Below, one piece after another: positions 62,255-64,000 of a stretch of DNA of 64,000 nucleotides. The notes under the pieces are model-generated. The model did not search any database, had not been told where the DNA came from, and worked only from the letters and a program-made list of their open reading frames with translations. A program made the position numbers and the translations under genes. Location of the stretch: positions 131,626,001 to 131,690,000 of the forward strand of contig OZ024740.1 of the NCBI GenBank assembly GCA_964016885.1, in the 5' to 3' direction. The stretch's first letter is position 1. Each line of letters begins with the position of its first letter. Source of the DNA: Eledone cirrhosa (lineage: Eukaryota).

Positions 62255-62839
62255 TATCGTCTGTCAGTGGAAATATATATGGATATACGTGGTAATTGTG
62301 ATTCATATCATTTACTATGTTGTATAACATATTGCTATACGGGATTATTATGTTTTAAAAAGAGTATTCTAGCAAATAGGAAGATCTAGCTATCGATTAC
62401 ATGTCAAGAACATAATATAAATGGCTAGTCACTGGCATTGGGAATGAGGTGTATTTCATGATTCGCTGTTGGATATTATTTCCCTTGAGTCGGCCATAGT
62501 TTATACATTGGAAACTCTTGAATTCTTGAAATATATACTTAATATTTTAATTACCTATTTTAAATTGAAATCGTTTAATTATACCTAGTCAAACAAATAT
62601 ATATAAACCGGTTAAAAACACACGCTCTGCGAAGTGTTATAAAGGTTTTCAGTTCTATTGATGAAATCGAACGTTAGGAAAAATTGGAAGGCCCTGTTGT
62701 GGGGGTAGAAGAAGAAGAAGAAGAAGTGGAAAAAGGCAGGAGGAAACGGATAGACTATTTATGATTGATGTTGGTTTTGTTGAGTTTCATTAATGGCGTG
62801 TATTGTAGACAAGGTATATTGGCTGTAACTCACACAAAT

Positions 62840-62919
<80 letters not shown>

Positions 62920-63161
62920 TAGACCACATGTGACCCGTTGGGTCACGTTCGCATAAACATAATTTTTAAGTAATTTCATTTCTTCTTCTTCTTCTTCTTC
63001 TTCTTCTTCTTCTTCTTCTTCTTCTTCTTCTTCTTCTTCTTCTTCTTCTTCTTCTTCTTCTTCTTCTTCTTCTTCTTCTACCCCCACAACATGGCCTTCC
63101 AATTTTTCCTAATGTCCTTAATGTCTACTTTATGTAAACACTTGTGGTTAATAAAGAAATC

Positions 63162-63201
<40 letters not shown>

Positions 63202-63202
63202 T

Positions 63203-64000
63203 TGCATTTATCTTGCTTTATGTTCATACGAGTTATCACCAAGTCACAACCAGTGACCTCAAGAGACAACAAGGTCCGCCATGTTCAAGAAAGAACATAC
63301 ATATTCACACATGCATCTTTAGTGTTTAGACTTGTGATGTACTTATATTGACAGAATCTTCCTTAGTATATGGGCAGTTCCCATTAGTACTATCTTTTGT
63401 ATTTCTCCTATACGCGGGTTTCCTGGGATTTGCGATAAGAAATCATTAGACCCCTTAGGTATCACCCCCAGAGCGCCTACAACCACTGGTATTGTTTTAG
63501 TTCTCAATTTCCACATTTTTCCAATTTCTATCTCCAGGTCCTTATACTTGCTCACTTTTTCAAATGTTTTTATAGGTACATTCTTGTCTATTGGAACAGA
63601 CATATCAATTAGCAGGCATACCCTCCTTTGAAAGTCCTTCAATATTATATCAGGTCTATTTGCATCTATTTTTCGGTCTGTTTGGATGCTAAAGTTCCAC
63701 AAGATTGAGATGTGATATTTTTCAAGTATGGGAGGTGGTTGATGCTCCCACCAATTCTTTTGATGGGGCATGTCAAAATGCTTACACATTATCCAATGTA
63801 TGTATTGTGCAGCTCTGTCATGCCTGTATAGGTATTCGGTTGGAGCTATAGGACTGCACATTGAAATTATATGGTCAATGGTCTCAAGTTGTTTTTTTAG
63901 AACACGGCATAATGGGCTGCATCCATTTTTTATTATGTTGGCTTGGTAATTTTTTGTTGGCAGACACTGATCTTCTGCTTATAAAATCAGTCCTTCAGTC
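63203..64000 (-). mobile_element. 3' part of a second R4/Dong-clade element (runs off the window)
   Basis: YLYRHD, ILWNFSIQTD, NRPDI, DMSVP and IPVVVGALG. The 3' end abuts (TAA)n at 63161-63203. Confidence 0.9.

Overview
AT-rich eukaryotic repeat-dense DNA. The SINE and microsatellite make-up suggests a cephalopod (Octopus-like) genome; this is an inference. No host-gene exon could be recognised. The window is a mosaic of retroelements sitting in (TA)n/(TAA)n microsatellites: a decayed CR1/Jockey-group LINE, two RTE LINE remnants, an L1/Tx1 3' fragment, two R4/Dong fragments in TAA repeats, a near full-length CRE-clade element, a mariner remnant, tRNA-derived SINEs and many Penelope-like element (PLE, mostly Naiad-type) pieces. 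The main hidden layer is RNA structure. By eye I find about 20 complete or partial hammerhead ribozyme (HHR) motifs from at least 6 unrelated sequence families. One family has a compensatory U3-A8 core, and one is a small non-coding retrozyme-like element. A CRE RT-RLE ORF is bracketed by inverted HHR-bearing PLE-type termini. There is also an exact 5 x ~620 bp structured tandem array. All folds and coordinates were derived by manual reading; nothing was computed or searched.
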